64,000 nt of DNA from an uncultured Actinomycetes bacterium (GTDB lineage: Bacteria; Actinomycetota; Thermoleophilia; UBA2241): assembly GCA_963725665.1 (NCBI GenBank), contig CAVRZA010000008.1:197330-261329 (forward strand), written 5' to 3'. The notes under the pieces are model-generated. The model searched no databases. It saw only the letters and a program-made list of their open reading frames with translations, and was not told the DNA's origin. Every line of letters begins with the position of its first letter. Positions within the stretch are counted from its first letter, which is position 1. The position numbers and the translations under genes are program-made. This document shows, piece by piece, positions 62,673 to 64,000 of this stretch.

Positions 62673-64000
62673 ATGAGCCCACGAAAGGCGAAGACCCGAA
62701 GCCGACGCTACGTTACGGCGGTAGTGTGCGTCCCAGTGCTGGCCGTTGCCGTTCTCGTCGGCGTCGTTCCGGGCGCCGCATGGGGCCAACTGTGGTCCGC
62801 GGCGGCCGGTGGTTCGCATCAGGCCTCGGTCGCGAAGGCGACTGGGCCGTGCACGGCGGAGGGAGGCGACTGGTCGAAGAGCCTGGGCAGACCCATGACG
62901 AGCCTGCTGAGCTCCGCGGCGGGATCCGCTCAAGCTCAGACCACCTGGTCGGTATCGCAGTCTCGGCCCCTGCGATTGCGTCCTGTCGTGCGCTCCAACG
63001 GGTCGGTCGTGACCGTCAGGCTCGGTCAGACGGCCAAGATGAGCGGAACCGCGACCAGTGGCAGTGGCAGCGTGCGCAAGGTCGAGGCAAACCACGGCAG
63101 AGTGGTGAGCTACGCGAACGGTGTCTGGCAGTGGCAGGACAAGCCGTCCGCCGTCGGCCGCTACACCGTTGAAGTCACGGCCATAGCCTCGACCGGCCGG
63201 TCCTCTCGCGCGTCGTTCGCGGTGGTCGTCAAGTCGGCTTCCGAGCAGCAGCCGACGAACACACCCACGACTCCAACGACGCCGACCACCCCGTCGACGC
63301 CGACCACCCCGTCGACGCCGACCACACCGTCGACGCCGACCACCCCGTCGACGCCGACGACCCCGTTGACGCCGACAACCCCGTCGACGCCGACAACCCC
63401 GTCGACGCCGACGATCTCCGTCGACGCCGACCACCCCGTCGTCGACCGTCAACGGCAGCTTCAGCTTCGGCTCGAACCAGGTCTACAACAACGTGACCAT
63501 CAGGGGCGGGCTGTCCAACGCGGCGGGTGCCCACGACACCACGTTCATCAACTGCCGCATCCTGGGCGGGGCTCCAGACGAGACATGTAGTCTGGGCGAC
63601 GTCAACGGGGGTTGCTACGACATCAAGTTCGTCGACTGCACGTTCGCGCGCCCCGAACGGCGGACTGGCAACCTTGAGCCACGCATGAAGCCGCGTGGTG
63701 ACCAGACGCCCGCGCGGGCCAACGGCCTGCACGACATCACCTTCGAACGGCTGCCACTTCGGCGTCGCCAACACGGGGCAAGACGGGTGCCACCGGCATG
63801 CTCATGGAGATCCAGGACTACACAGCGAGCCGCCGCCACTCACGGCTTCTCCAACATCAACTTCATCAGCTGCACCTTCGAGGCGGGCAACTGCGCCACA
63901 CTCGACTTCGCCGGGACGCACAGCGAGGCTACGCGGGCGGCACCATCCTCGACGGCGGCAACTCGCTCGTCAAGGACTGCCTCTTCAAGGGCTACTGCAG
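62673..64000 (+). CDS. Secreted protein with Pro/Thr linker and probable beta-helix C-terminal region (frameshifted, runs off window)
   Basis: RBS GGAGG, signal peptide, (PTTPST)n linker, then YNNVTI / TFINC / IKFVDCTF / INFISCTF repeats in shifting frames. Confidence 0.65.
63262..63435 (+). repeat. 18-bp coding tandem repeat (PTTPST)
   Basis: CCGACCACCCCGTCGACG units, about 8-9 copies. Confidence 0.9.

Noticed and set aside
63262-63435. Non-coding repeat array
   Set aside because: In-frame 18-bp units encoding a Pro/Thr/Ser linker.

Overview
High-GC actinobacterial chromosome segment, most likely Thermoleophilia-like (inferred from a single-motif RsiG, dapL and the surface-protein style), apparently spanning the replication terminus. 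1-18.4 kb is a + strand core block (ftsK, rodZ, yajQ, rimO, pgsA, cinA, thpR, recA, recX, rny, miaB, Memo/AMMECR1 pair, miaA, dapF, dapL, hflX, dut, NUDIX) that ends at a clear dif site (18521-18548). An IS110/IS1111-type element follows, then a mostly - strand core block containing a candidate signalling/polarity module (MerR, FHA, single-motif c-di-GMP-binding RsiG, DUF4388, MglB-MglA). A tRNA-Pro(GGG) at 32400 anchors a decayed tandem integration region (two att copies, broken integrase, excisionase) in which gene fragments and small membrane ORFs are interleaved with three families of unannotated short repeats. 45-64 kb is a duplicated accessory tailoring cluster (several GNATs, ATP-grasp-GNAT fusion, deacetylase, two asparagine-synthase-like PP-loop proteins, an orphan methylthiotransferase-like radical SAM, a secreted repeat protein). 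Many single-base frameshifts, also in housekeeping genes, suggest uncorrected assembly indels, so pseudogene calls are provisional. All family assignments are from motif recognition, not database searches.
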